64,000 nucleotides of DNA from a virus: the IMG/VR virus record IMGVR_UViG_3300033145_000529, positions 84,198-148,197 of that record; one strand, 5' to 3'. Position 1 is the first letter of the stretch. The number at the start of each line of letters is the position of its first letter. This document shows positions 18,971-27,665 of the stretch, in pieces. Under the pieces are notes generated by a model. The model saw only the letters and a program-made list of their open reading frames with translations. It was not told where the DNA came from and searched no databases. The position numbers and the translations under genes were made by a program.

Positions 18971-20323
18971 ATGCTTTATAATTGTGATTGTTTAAAAGGA
19001 ATAAAAACTCTTAATGATAACAGTGTTGACTTAGTAGCCACCGACCCACCTTATGGTATAGGGTTTATGGGTAAGGACTGGGATAAGGCGTTACCTGATA
19101 AAGAGATATGGGCTGAGTGTCTGAGGGTGTTAAAGCCTGGAGCATTTGCCTTTGTAATGAGCATACCGAGAAGCGACTGTCTGAGCAGGATGATTATCAG
19201 CCTAGAGGATGCTGGATTTAGGGTAGACTTCAGTCCGATATATTGGGTTTATGCGTCAGGATTTCCAAAGGCAAAGAATATAGGGAAGGCGGTGGATAAG
19301 AGAATGGGGGCTGAGCGTGAAAGAACCCACCCTGATAATGAAAAGAGGTTTAAGGAATACAAAGAGCAAGACGGTAATGAGCGGAAAACTTTTGGTGAAT
19401 TAGATACTATGCCACTGACACCCCAAGCCAAAGCCCTAGATGGTAGTTATGGTGGGTTTCAACCCAAACCCGCAGTAGAAGTAATAATAGTCTGTATGAA
19501 GCCCTTGTCTGAAAAGACCTTTGTTGACCAATCCCTGAAGAACAGGAAGGGTATAACTTGGCTGGATGATTGTAGGATACCGTACGGTGGTGAAACCCCG
19601 AATATGGGTGGCAGGAAGAATGCCAAGATGGGTGGTGACCAACCCTATGGCTTCAAAATAGAGGGCAGACCTGATACACCAAATACAGTAGGTCGTTTCC
19701 CAGCCAATCTATTAGTCTCAGATGATGTGCTGAATGATGGGGGAGTAACAAGGAGTGGATTTATGAAGGGGAAGCATATAGCACCCAATTCTTATGGTGG
19801 ATTTAACACTCCTACTGAAACTCAGACCTACCCCGATTCAGGCTCATTTTCCCGCTACTTTGATTTAGATAAATGGTGGGAAGAAAGGGTAAAGGAACTC
19901 CCCAAACCTGCTCAACAGACCTTTCCATTTCTAATAGTCCCCAAAGCTAGTAAAAGTGAGAAGAATAGGGGGTTAAAAGGTGGTTCAGGTAGCAATACAT
20001 ATAATCGCAAGTGCCTTAATTGTGGCAAGTGGGAACGCAAACAGGGGTTGTCTGATAACTATACTTGCTATTGCGAGAAGCCAGATTGGGAACAACCATC
20101 GGGCAACAATCATCCCACAGTAAAACCCATCAAACTAATGTCTTACTTAATAACATTAGGCAGTCGTGAAGGTGATATCATTCTAGACCCGTTCTTAGGT
20201 TCAGGAACTACAGCAATTGCTTGTGAGATTGTGGGTCGTGATTGTATCGGTTATGAAATAGATAAAGGCTATTTTGATATAGCGATAAAAAGAGTGGAGG
20301 CATTTAAAAGTGCAAGAAATTAG
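18971..20323 (+). CDS. N6-adenine/N4-cytosine DNA methyltransferase (beta class)
   Basis: TDPPYG, HPTVKPIKLM, LDPFLGSGTT. Confidence 0.93.
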   Translation: MLYNCDCLKGIKTLNDNSVDLVATDPPYGIGFMGKDWDKALPDKEIWAECLRVLKPGAFAFVMSIPRSDCLSRMIISLEDAGFRVDFSPIYWVYASGFPKAKNIGKAVDKRMGAERERTHPDNEKRFKEYKEQDGNERKTFGELDTMPLTPQAKALDGSYGGFQPKPAVEVIIVCMKPLSEKTFVDQSLKNRKGITWLDDCRIPYGGETPNMGGRKNAKMGGDQPYGFKIEGRPDTPNTVGRFPANLLVSDDVLNDGGVTRSGFMKGKHIAPNSYGGFNTPTETQTYPDSGSFSRYFDLDKWWEERVKELPKPAQQTFPFLIVPKASKSEKNRGLKGGSGSNTYNRKCLNCGKWERKQGLSDNYTCYCEKPDWEQPSGNNHPTVKPIKLMSYLITLGSREGDIILDPFLGSGTTAIACEIVGRDCIGYEIDKGYFDIAIKRVEAFKSARN

Positions 20324-20747
20324 AGGAGATATTTGGGAACAGCATAAACTTGGAAGATGGGCAATTATCACTACTAATAGTGATGTCAGAAAAGATGGAG
20401 CTTGTATTATGGGGCGTGGTATTGCAAAACAAGCAGCTGAAAGGTTTCCCAATTTACCATATAAGCTTGGTAACGCATTAAAAGCTAGTGGAAATAAGGT
20501 TTATGTCTTTGATGATTTGAAAATAATTACTCTACCTGTTAAGCACCATTGGAGAGGAAAAGCAGATCTTGGTCTTATTGAGAAATCCTTGCAACAGCTT
20601 GTTGCTTGGGTGGATACTCCACCACGAAAGCATGGTAAGTTTTATTTGCCAAGAGCGGGGTGTGGAAACGGTAGTCTTAATTGGTTTGATGTAAAACCGC
20701 TCTACGAGAAGTATTTAGATGATAGGTTTGTAGTAGTGCAACTATGA
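20310..20747 (+). CDS. Macro-domain (ADP-ribose processing) protein
   Basis: ITTN..MGRGIAKQ, PVKHHW, PRAGCGNGSLNW. Confidence 0.85.
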   Translation: MQEIRGDIWEQHKLGRWAIITTNSDVRKDGACIMGRGIAKQAAERFPNLPYKLGNALKASGNKVYVFDDLKIITLPVKHHWRGKADLGLIEKSLQQLVAWVDTPPRKHGKFYLPRAGCGNGSLNWFDVKPLYEKYLDDRFVVVQL

Positions 20748-20759
20748 AAGGTTTAAGAA

Positions 20760-21017
20760 ATGGTTTACGTTAAGATAAACAAATTAGAAGAAGATTTGTG
20801 CCGCAGGGGAGACAAGATGGGGGCGATAAGTTCTATGCTTGCTAGGTTTCATCATCAAATTCAGGCTTCGGGAATATTTAAAGATTTGAAAAAGCACGAA
20901 TCTTATGAGAAACCATCTCTAAAAAGACGTAGGAAAAAGAGAGAAGCGATGCTTCGAAGGATTAGAAAGGAGAGGAAAGATACCTTATATAAAACGGGAA
21001 ATAAGGGAAGAAGTTGA
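20760..21017 (+). CDS. rpsU: Ribosomal protein bS21
   Basis: LARF..SGIFKDLKKHESYEKPSLKRRRKKREA. Confidence 0.85.
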   Translation: MVYVKINKLEEDLCRRGDKMGAISSMLARFHHQIQASGIFKDLKKHESYEKPSLKRRRKKREAMLRRIRKERKDTLYKTGNKGRS

Positions 21018-21049
21018 CGAGGATGTAGACAACCTGCTTTCGGTGATAA

Positions 21050-21250
21050 GGAGTGTCAAAGACCCGAACGATACAGTGATTGATGGGATGCAAAACAGTA
21101 AAACAAGATTGTGTAGACTATGATAGTGAGACAGGTGAGGTTAGAGGACTGCTGTGCGGTTTTTGCAATGTTGGAATTGGACATCTTAGGCATTCCGCCG
21201 ATTTACTAAAACATGCAATCGAATATTTACAAGGAGAGGAATGTGTATGA
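21050..21250 (+). pseudogene. Endonuclease VII-like homing endonuclease remnant
   Basis: LCVDYDSETGEVRGLLCGFCNVGIG..AIEYL with degenerate DH motif and no intact start. Confidence 0.65.
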
Positions 21251-21615
21251 AATAAGTGGAATTTATGCTGTTAAGTTCTATCCTGACGGTTCATTAAGTA
21301 GGAACAAGAAAGCATTCAAAATGGTAGTCAATTCAGAGCGGGGTGTAATGGCTTTTGTTGATGAACAGAAACCTTTTGAGAGCATTAAAATAAAAGACCC
21401 CGATACTAAAGAGGACTTTACGGAATATTTTTTAGGTACAAAATAATGAAAGACCAGACTGGAAAAGAAATAAAGAGAGATTTTGCTCCCCGTAAAAGAA
21501 ATCCTAGTGATAAGTACAAGGTTAAGATTGTCGAGAAAAAACCTGATTATGATGTAACTAAAGACCCTCAAACTAAAAGACCTATTGTCATTAGAAAGAA
21601 AGGGGATAAGAACTA

Positions 21616-22074
21616 GTGAGAATTTCTTTTGACTTAGATGGTGTTATAGCTGACGGGCATCATTGGTTCTTCAGTATTCTAGAACCAATTAGAGGGATTG
21701 ACCGAGAGCGAGCTGAGTATGCAGAGTTGGAATATTATTCATCTCGTCCTTTAAAGTATCATCCTCACTTGTTCTTAGCGTCCGATGATGAGGCTATTAT
21801 TGTTACGGCACGTAAACCGAAAGCACAGGCAGTGACTTGTGCATGGTTGAAGATGTACGGTATTAACTTACCTACCTATTTTGTTGACCCCGATGATTGT
21901 ATAAATTGGGGGTCGTATGACGAAGCAGCAAAAGAGTCTGCAAGGTTAAAGTCAATAGTTATAAAGGAACAAAGGATAGCTGTTCATTTTGATAATAGTC
22001 CAATTTTAGTCGCAACATTAAGAAAAATCCTACCTGGAGTGAGGGTAATTCTAGTTGGTGGGGAAATGTCTTAA
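21616..22074 (+). CDS. HAD-superfamily hydrolase
   Basis: FDLDGVI, IVTAR, HFDNS. Confidence 0.8.
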   Translation: MRISFDLDGVIADGHHWFFSILEPIRGIDRERAEYAELEYYSSRPLKYHPHLFLASDDEAIIVTARKPKAQAVTCAWLKMYGINLPTYFVDPDDCINWGSYDEAAKESARLKSIVIKEQRIAVHFDNSPILVATLRKILPGVRVILVGGEMS

Positions 22075-22102
22075 AAATTATTGAAAAAACCTTAAAAAAG
22101 GC

Positions 22103-22131
22103 TTGACAATTCTTGTTTTATATGCTATAAT
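22103..22131 (+). promoter_or_regulatory. Sigma70-type promoter at the head of the tRNA array
   Basis: TTGACA-N17-TATAAT with TATG. Confidence 0.85.
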
Positions 22132-22148
22132 ACAAGTAGAGGATTAAG

Positions 22149-22283
22149 ATGGCTTATACTCCCCCTCCTGTACCACTAACAAAAGCGGAATTTTACAGAA
22201 AGTGTAAGGAACGACAAACTAAGACAGCATGTAAAGAGTGCGATAGGTGTCCTAGTAGGTTTGTATGCTGGACTATAAAGTAG
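22149..22283 (+). CDS. 44-aa protein consisting mostly of the CxxCxxRFxCxT module (below the ORF-track cutoff)
   Basis: MAYTPPPVPLTKAEFYRKCKERQTKTACKECDRCPSRFVCWTIK; RBS GAGG; follows a promoter. Confidence 0.7.
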   Translation: MAYTPPPVPLTKAEFYRKCKERQTKTACKECDRCPSRFVCWTIK

Positions 22284-22554
22284 GTATGATAGAATTATTA
22301 GAGAGGGTTCAGAGTCGCTGTTTGTTTATGCATCTGCCGTGCGGTTTAATGTTACAAGCAATACTACTAAAAATGGCAAGGAGTTGAAAAGAAAGTATGC
22401 TCCTAATGAGATAGATTACTTCATGGTATATTGTACAGATTTGGGTAGGATTTTCCTAATATCTGTAAAAGAGGCAACAAGTACGCTTCGGGTGGAAGCA
22501 ACAAAAAATAATCAGGATAAGGGCATTAAAGGGGGCACACGACTACGAATTTAA
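22282..22554 (+). pseudogene. PD-(D/E)XK homing endonuclease remnant
   Basis: RYD.., YAPNEIDYFMVYC..LR.EATKNNQ.KGI, frameshifted AHDYEF tail. Confidence 0.7.
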
Positions 22555-22561
22555 AGGTTTT

Positions 22562-22635
22562 GGGGGTGTGGTGTAATGGTAACATAGCAATCTGATAAGT
22601 TGCTGTAGGAGGATCAAAACCTCCCATCCCTACCA
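22562..22635 (+). tRNA. tRNA-Ile(GAT), atypical T loop
   Basis: GCAAT-CTGATAA-GTTGC; T loop ATCAAAA; encoded CCA. Confidence 0.75.
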
Positions 22636-22729
22636 ATTAAAGTGGTGACTTCTTATTTTAAGTGATATTACGAATGCAAAATGTAGGTTGAGAGACTACG
22701 AAATGCACTGTAAAGATAATAAAACATTA

Positions 22730-22801
22730 AGAGGCGTAGCTAACAGGTAAAGCAGTTGGTTTACACCCAACGAAAAAGGAGTTCGAATCTCCTCGCCTCT
22801 A
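22730..22801 (+). tRNA. tRNA-Val(TAC)
   Basis: GTTGG-TTTACAC-CCAAC; GTTCGAATC. Confidence 0.88.
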
Positions 22802-22861
22802 CCCAAGGTTGAGGTAAGTCACATCCAGGGCATTCTCACCAATAGCTACGGATTTGTACAG

Positions 22862-23053
22862 GTGGTGTCTGTACCAACCTCAACCTCTAGGAAAGTAGAT
22901 TTTGTTCTTTGTTGCATAATACCTCTAGATGTTTGGTATATAATTCCAATTGAAGACCTTGGTAGTAAGCACAATGTTCGTCTCTTTCTTGACATGATTG
23001 ATTCTAAATCTAAGTATTCTAAATATAAAGAAAATTGGGCAGTATTGGAGTAG
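22862..23053 (+). pseudogene. C-terminal remnant of a PD-(D/E)XK homing endonuclease
   Basis: VDFVLC..WYIIP..KYSKYKENW. Confidence 0.6.
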
Positions 23054-23134
23054 TGCCTGAGTGGTTTAAGGGGACGGTTTGCTAAACCGTTGGGCGTAAA
23101 TGTCCCGTAAGTTCGAATCTTATCTACTCCGCCA
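23047..23134 (+). tRNA. tRNA-Ser(GCT)
   Basis: ACGGT-TTGCTAA-ACCGT; long variable arm; GCCA end. Confidence 0.92.
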
Positions 23135-23144
23135 CATAAAAGGC

Positions 23145-23173
23145 TTGACTTGCTTAAAGGCTTATGATATAAT
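23145..23173 (+). promoter_or_regulatory. Sigma70-type promoter with extended -10
   Basis: TTGACT-N17-TATAAT with TATG. Confidence 0.8.
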
Positions 23174-23528
23174 GGAAGAGAAGTGGGTAACTGTCAGCAG
23201 CGAATATCTTAATAGAAAGTCTAAGTATAAGCATTGGGTACTTGGTTGTTGTGTTAAATGTAGAAATATTCAGGTCTACAGAGTTACAGATAGTGTAGTA
23301 GAAGCAAAGAAGTGGTGGGCTGTTGAGAAATGTGATAAGTGTGGAGGTCTTTGTGGTGTTTGTATCTTGAGTAAATACCAAAAACCACCTGGGTTTGCTA
23401 GAAAGTGTAAGAAGTGTAATTTTAGGTTCACTTGTGCTACTATTAGGATAAAGGAAATACCCTCTGTCTTAGTGGGGTTAACGACAGTAAGATTTGAATC
23501 CGAGGATGTTATAAAAGAGGATGTGTAG
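23172..23528 (+). CDS. Cys-rich protein with CxxCxxRFxCxT module (start uncertain)
   Basis: RKCKKCNFRFTCAT. Confidence 0.6.
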   Translation: MEEKWVTVSSEYLNRKSKYKHWVLGCCVKCRNIQVYRVTDSVVEAKKWWAVEKCDKCGGLCGVCILSKYQKPPGFARKCKKCNFRFTCATIRIKEIPSVLVGLTTVRFESEDVIKEDV

Positions 23529-23593
23529 CTCGATTTTGGTAGAGCCTCGGTCTTTTAAACCGAACGGTGTGGGTTCGAGTCCCATCACATCCA
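23519..23593 (+). tRNA. tRNA-Lys(TTT)
   Basis: TCGGT-CTTTTAA-ACCGA; GGTTCGAGTCC. Confidence 0.9.
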
Positions 23594-23595
23594 CG

Positions 23596-23928
23596 ATGGA
23601 TGAATACAAACATAAACAAGTAAAAATTAAAATACCTCCGTACAATTACTATGGTTATGTTGATGAGGGTATCGTTGATCTTGTGCAGTCTTTGTGGCGA
23701 CAAAAAATTATGACTGGCATGAGTTGCCAAGAGATTGATGGTAACATATGGTTAATGTTTGACTCCAAGAAGGATTTTGTTAAGTTCTTGGGGAAGGTTG
23801 ATTTTGTTGATATAACATTAAGTGATATTAGGTTGCGGAGACGAGATAAACGTATAGCTTATGAGTATGTGTCAGTTAGATTTCCAATTGATTTAAAGAA
23901 TAAAATTAAAAAGAGAATAGATGATTAG
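23596..23928 (+). CDS. Hypothetical protein
   Basis: VDEGIVDLVQSLW..TGMSCQ; start placed after the tRNA. Confidence 0.6.
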   Translation: MDEYKHKQVKIKIPPYNYYGYVDEGIVDLVQSLWRQKIMTGMSCQEIDGNIWLMFDSKKDFVKFLGKVDFVDITLSDIRLRRRDKRIAYEYVSVRFPIDLKNKIKKRIDD

Positions 23929-23931
23929 ATT

Positions 23932-24008
23932 GGGTGTGTAGCTAAATTGGTTAAGGCACTGGTCTCTTAAACCAGACATTAAGGGTTCGAGCCCCTTCAC
24001 ACCCACCA
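23932..24008 (+). tRNA. tRNA-Lys(CTT)
   Basis: CTGGT-CTCTTAA-ACCAG; ACCA end. Confidence 0.92.
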
Positions 24009-24160
24009 AAGGACATAAGTAGTTCCTATTAAATAACACAGAGGTCTACTTCGGTAGGCTTCTGTATTGAAAAAAGTACTACTCGTCCTTTAATAATCGG
24101 TATAATGGCATAAGCAGTTCCTATTAAAAAGTTGATTGAACAAATTTACTGCTCGCCATT
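24008..24160 (+). ncRNA. Two tandem homologous structured RNA units (Y-RNA-like bulged closing stems)
   Basis: GGAC-ATA-AGTAGT..ACTACT-C-GTCC (24008-24091) and TGGC-ATA-AGCAGT..ACTGCT-C-GCCA (24104-24160) with compensatory changes. Confidence 0.7.
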
Positions 24161-24175
24161 TAGGGAAGGGAAAGC

Positions 24176-26137
24176 ATGGAGTCAACAATTAAATTATTTA
24201 GAGCACTACCAATAACAACTAAGGAAAAGAAGTTTGATGAAAAATTGATGGAAGCAACCATTAAGCATGGCTTTGTATTTGCACCAGAGATTGTTGCTAA
24301 CTATTCTAACTATGATGAATTGATTGAAAAAGTTGAAAGATTAGTTGGGGTAAGCTCTGAGCAAATGAATAGTTCGTTCCACAAGGCTTGGGCTAAGGTT
24401 AGAAACACAGGTATGGAACAATTAGTAGTAGAACAGATAGCACACTATCTGACTACCTATGGCAAAGAGAACCCTGAAGCATATCTGATTGAAAAGGGTA
24501 TACAGTGGGGTGTTGATGACCTTTCTGATAAGGTGTCAAATCTAGATGACATAGAATTAGATAAAGTCCAAGATGCTAACTATGTTTATATCCCTAACGA
24601 GGTACTTGACATACCAGATGTAGAGTTGGATACGATTAAACTTATCGTAATCAAAGGATACACAAAAGCTGAACTAAAGGGCAAGCTGCTTGCTTTGTTA
24701 GGACTTGGAGTTGCTTTGGGGGAAGATACGATACAAGCTGTTGTAGAGGTAGCCACGTTTGTCGGAGTTGATGACAAAGATATTGAAAAGGTTAAGAACA
24801 AGGAAGTAAATACCGCCTTGTATGACTACTTAGGTCTTTTTCCAGAAAATCCAGTTGCGTTTTTAAGGTTTATTGTTTTCAAAGCAGCAAGTAAAACGCT
24901 TTTGATAAAAGATTATAATTTGATTCAAGCGATTAGGGAAAGCAATAACTTGAATGTAATTAAACTATTTGATGACTACGAAAAGAAATATGGATTAGAA
25001 AGGTTAGCTGAGATATTTAATAGGTTCAAACCACTTTTCTTAGCTTTTAGAACAAATGAAAGACTCAAGGTAGTAGTTAATAGGATAAGAAGACTTGCTG
25101 TGAGATACCACAAACCTCTTCCAGAAGATTTCCTTAACACTGTTACAGCTAGGGTAGGAAATAGTGAGAAGATAACCCAAGGTAAATTACAATCTGAACT
25201 GAGGAGAGTAAATGTCTTCAGGAAGATACGATTAGCTTATGCACTAAAATTTAGGACAAAAGACGTGGATTCTATTTTATATAGGATAAGGAATGGTAAG
25301 GGATATGCTACTGAGTTCACCTTCGGCAATCAGACTGAAGCTCAAAGAGTATTGGACATTGTATTAGACTCAATTGCCCGTGATGTTAGTAAGAATGTAA
25401 AGGACAAGAAAATATACATTCCAGAGCATATAAATTATAGTCTACCCGCAACTGAGAAGCAGTTTACTGGTAATTTCCCATCAGGAACTTGTGTGTCACT
25501 AACTGATAATATGATTGCTGGTATCAATTGGCATAACGTTAAACACAATAGGATTGACCTTGACCTGTCTTTATTATCAGTTACAGGTAAAATTGGTTGG
25601 GATTCTTCTTATAGAACAGAAGAAGGTGATGTGCTATTCTCTGGTGATATGACTGATGCTTGTAACGGAGCATCGGAACTTTTCTATGTTAAGAAGCAGA
25701 CTAAGAAATCGTTTATAATATTCGTTAATTACTATAATTTTGACGAGGCTATAAAAGTACCGTTCAAGATATTAGTTGCACATGAGGCTACTAAGAATCT
25801 TAGAAAAAATTATATGGTTGACCCTAATAATGTTGTAGCAATTACCGAATCAAAAATTGACCAGAAGCAAAAAATACTGGGGTTGCTAATCGTTACAACA
25901 ACAGGAAGCAAGTTTTATTTTGTTGAGGCAAATATAGGCAGGTCAATAACATCAAGTGGTACTGAATTTGCCACACGAAGCAGAAAGTATCTACTAGACT
26001 TTTATGAAAACACTATTATGTTAAGTGATGTTCTTACTAAAGCTGGTGCTAAACTTGTTGGTGACAGGGATGAAGCAGATATAGACTTATCACCAGAAAC
26101 GCTTGAAAAGGATACCATATTAACTATGCTTAGGTAA
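24176..26137 (+). CDS. Large helical protein with TerD-like C-terminal domain (possible divergent TROVE/Ro-like protein)
   Basis: QIAHYLTTYG; C-terminal GINW..RIDLDLS..KIGWD..FSGDMTDA..GASELFY. Confidence 0.6.
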   Translation: MESTIKLFRALPITTKEKKFDEKLMEATIKHGFVFAPEIVANYSNYDELIEKVERLVGVSSEQMNSSFHKAWAKVRNTGMEQLVVEQIAHYLTTYGKENPEAYLIEKGIQWGVDDLSDKVSNLDDIELDKVQDANYVYIPNEVLDIPDVELDTIKLIVIKGYTKAELKGKLLALLGLGVALGEDTIQAVVEVATFVGVDDKDIEKVKNKEVNTALYDYLGLFPENPVAFLRFIVFKAASKTLLIKDYNLIQAIRESNNLNVIKLFDDYEKKYGLERLAEIFNRFKPLFLAFRTNERLKVVVNRIRRLAVRYHKPLPEDFLNTVTARVGNSEKITQGKLQSELRRVNVFRKIRLAYALKFRTKDVDSILYRIRNGKGYATEFTFGNQTEAQRVLDIVLDSIARDVSKNVKDKKIYIPEHINYSLPATEKQFTGNFPSGTCVSLTDNMIAGINWHNVKHNRIDLDLSLLSVTGKIGWDSSYRTEEGDVLFSGDMTDACNGASELFYVKKQTKKSFIIFVNYYNFDEAIKVPFKILVAHEATKNLRKNYMVDPNNVVAITESKIDQKQKILGLLIVTTTGSKFYFVEANIGRSITSSGTEFATRSRKYLLDFYENTIMLSDVLTKAGAKLVGDRDEADIDLSPETLEKDTILTMLR

Positions 26138-26139
26138 GT

Positions 26140-26215
26140 GGGAGTATCGTCTAGGGGTTTAGGACACCAGTTTCTCAGACTGGTAACGGGAGTTCGATTC
26201 TCCCTACCCCTACCA
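26140..26215 (+). tRNA. tRNA-Glu(CTC)
   Basis: CCAGT-TTCTCAG-ACTGG; GTTCGATTC; CCA. Confidence 0.85.
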
Positions 26216-26500
26216 TGTGGGTATACATTTATGGAGATAAGATTAAACGAGTTGTGTATGGGTGGGTATGCCCCCATTGTGGCACGACTTGGATAGGTAA
26301 TTTTCTAAGTACTTGTCCAAAATGCAAATCTACACTTTGTCTGAGTCAAGAATTTATAACAAAAGCTAATGAAAAAGCGTGGAAAGCGTATGATTTACAA
26401 AAGATTAGTGCGAAACTTCATTAGGAGGTTATGTGATGAAACTATTTAGTTACTTTGGTGTAAATAACAAGAAATGATGGGTATGAAGCTTTTATAGGTG

Positions 26501-26574
26501 GGGAACGTAGCTCAACGTGGAGCAGTGGTCTTATATGCCAAAGGTTGTAGGTTCAAATCCTACCGTTCCTACCA
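26501..26574 (+). tRNA. tRNA-Ile(TAT)
   Basis: TGGT-CTTATAT-GCCA; GGTTCAAATCC; ACCA. Confidence 0.8.
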
Positions 26575-26575
26575 T

Positions 26576-26652
26576 CCCCCTATAGTCTAATGGAATTAAA
26601 ACGGTGGGCTACGAACCCACAGTTGCGAGTTCGAATCTCGCTAGGGGGTCCA
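26576..26652 (+). tRNA. tRNA-Arg(ACG)
   Basis: GTGGG-CTACGAA-CCCAC; CCA. Confidence 0.9.
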
Positions 26653-26834
26653 GTAAACCCATTTCGGGGGTGTGAGTAGTCTCACTATACGTGTAGGGAG
26701 TATGAGAAGCCGTGTACAGAGTGTACATTGATGTTACGAAACTATCATACGACAGCCTTGCTGTTGAAGTAAGCGTTCGCTTAATTGTATGACAATAAAC
26801 AAAAGAGCTTACTCACCCACCGAAATAGGTTTAC
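26653..26834 (+). ncRNA. Putative structured ncRNA (about 180 nt)
   Basis: Long closing stem GTAAACCCATTTCGG..GTGAGTA / TACTCAC..CCGAAATAGGTTTAC; starts immediately after the tRNA CCA. Confidence 0.65.
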
Positions 26835-26836
26835 GA

Positions 26837-27025
26837 ATGGAGAAGGTAGTACCATTAAGACAACAAATAACTAAGGTTGTTCAGAATAATCCTCATTTAG
26901 ATAATAGTTTTCTTGTGTCAGGTTGTCTTTGTTCTCATTGGAACGACCTTGAAGAATGCGATAAATGTCTTGTAAGATTTTATTGTTATACTCATTTTAG
27001 AGTGAAAATTGCCCCTGTAGTGTAA
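26837..27025 (+). CDS. Small protein with CxxCxxRFxCxT module
   Basis: CSHWNDLEECDKCLVRFYCYT. Confidence 0.65.
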   Translation: MEKVVPLRQQITKVVQNNPHLDNSFLVSGCLCSHWNDLEECDKCLVRFYCYTHFRVKIAPVV

Positions 27026-27086
27026 ATGGAGAACACATTAGTCTTCTAAGCTAATAGTCCGAGTTCAAATCTCGGCAGGGGTGCCA
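27011..27086 (+). tRNA. tRNA-Arg(TCT)
   Basis: TTAGT-CTTCTAA-GCTAA; GCCA. Confidence 0.9.
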
Positions 27087-27088
27087 GA

Positions 27089-27242
27089 GTACTTAGGATG
27101 CGGTAGCGTTTACAAGGTGAAAACTGATAGGTATTAGCTGAAATAACGTCAAAAGCACTTTGATAGAAAAGCTAATAGTGTGGAATACCGAGAACTATTA
27201 GCTAGGCACAGAGGAAAAACCGATAGCCTTTATCCTAAGTAC
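27089..27242 (+). ncRNA. Putative structured ncRNA between two tRNA-Arg genes
   Basis: Perfect 11-bp closing stem GTACTTAGGAT/ATCCTAAGTAC; internal stem AGCTAATAGT/ACTATTAGCT. Confidence 0.6.
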
Positions 27243-27249
27243 CCTTTAT

Positions 27250-27330
27250 CTCGCTGTAGTCGGGGCGGTTTCCTAAACCGTTATCCGTAAATCGGAACTG
27301 TAACTGTGGGTTCGAATCCCATCAGCGAGT
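27250..27330 (+). tRNA. Non-canonical tRNA-Arg(CCT)-like RNA lacking a normal D arm
   Basis: Acceptor CTCGCTG/CAGCGAG, GCGGT-TTCCTAA-ACCGT and T arm intact; only 8 nt in place of the D arm; extra hairpin after the anticodon arm. Confidence 0.65.
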
Positions 27331-27364
27331 CGTATGCTAGTGTAGTCGAATTAGGCAAGTCATA

Positions 27365-27660
27365 ATGAATGATTTAGAAAAGAGAGAATACCAAAGGAAT
27401 TGGTATCATAATCATAAGAAGCAAGCTAGAGCTTGCAGGAATAGACGCAAAGACAAGATAATGGTATAAAGAATATAAGAGTACGCTATTTTGTCATGAA
27501 TGTGGAGAGAATCACCCATGTTTAACCATGATAGCCACATCCAATGTTTTATCATCATTTGGATGATGAAAGCTCAAGCAAGCAGGTTGGTCTATTGAAC
27601 GTATAAAAGAGGAAATAGATAAATGTGAGAATTGTCATAGAAAAGGTTCTTGGGGGAAAT
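27365..27660 (+). pseudogene. Decayed HNH endonuclease (paralog of 34707..35036)
   Basis: MNDLEKREYQRNWY.., WYKEYKSTLFCHECGENHPCL, IKEEIDKC..NCHR in broken frames. Confidence 0.7.
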
Positions 27661-27665
27661 GTTTT

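Noticed and set aside
22685-22720. AGAGACTACG resembling a group I intron P7/R element
   Set aside because: No matching S element or interrupted gene was found; it reads as an RDYEM tail like the neighbouring endonuclease remnants.
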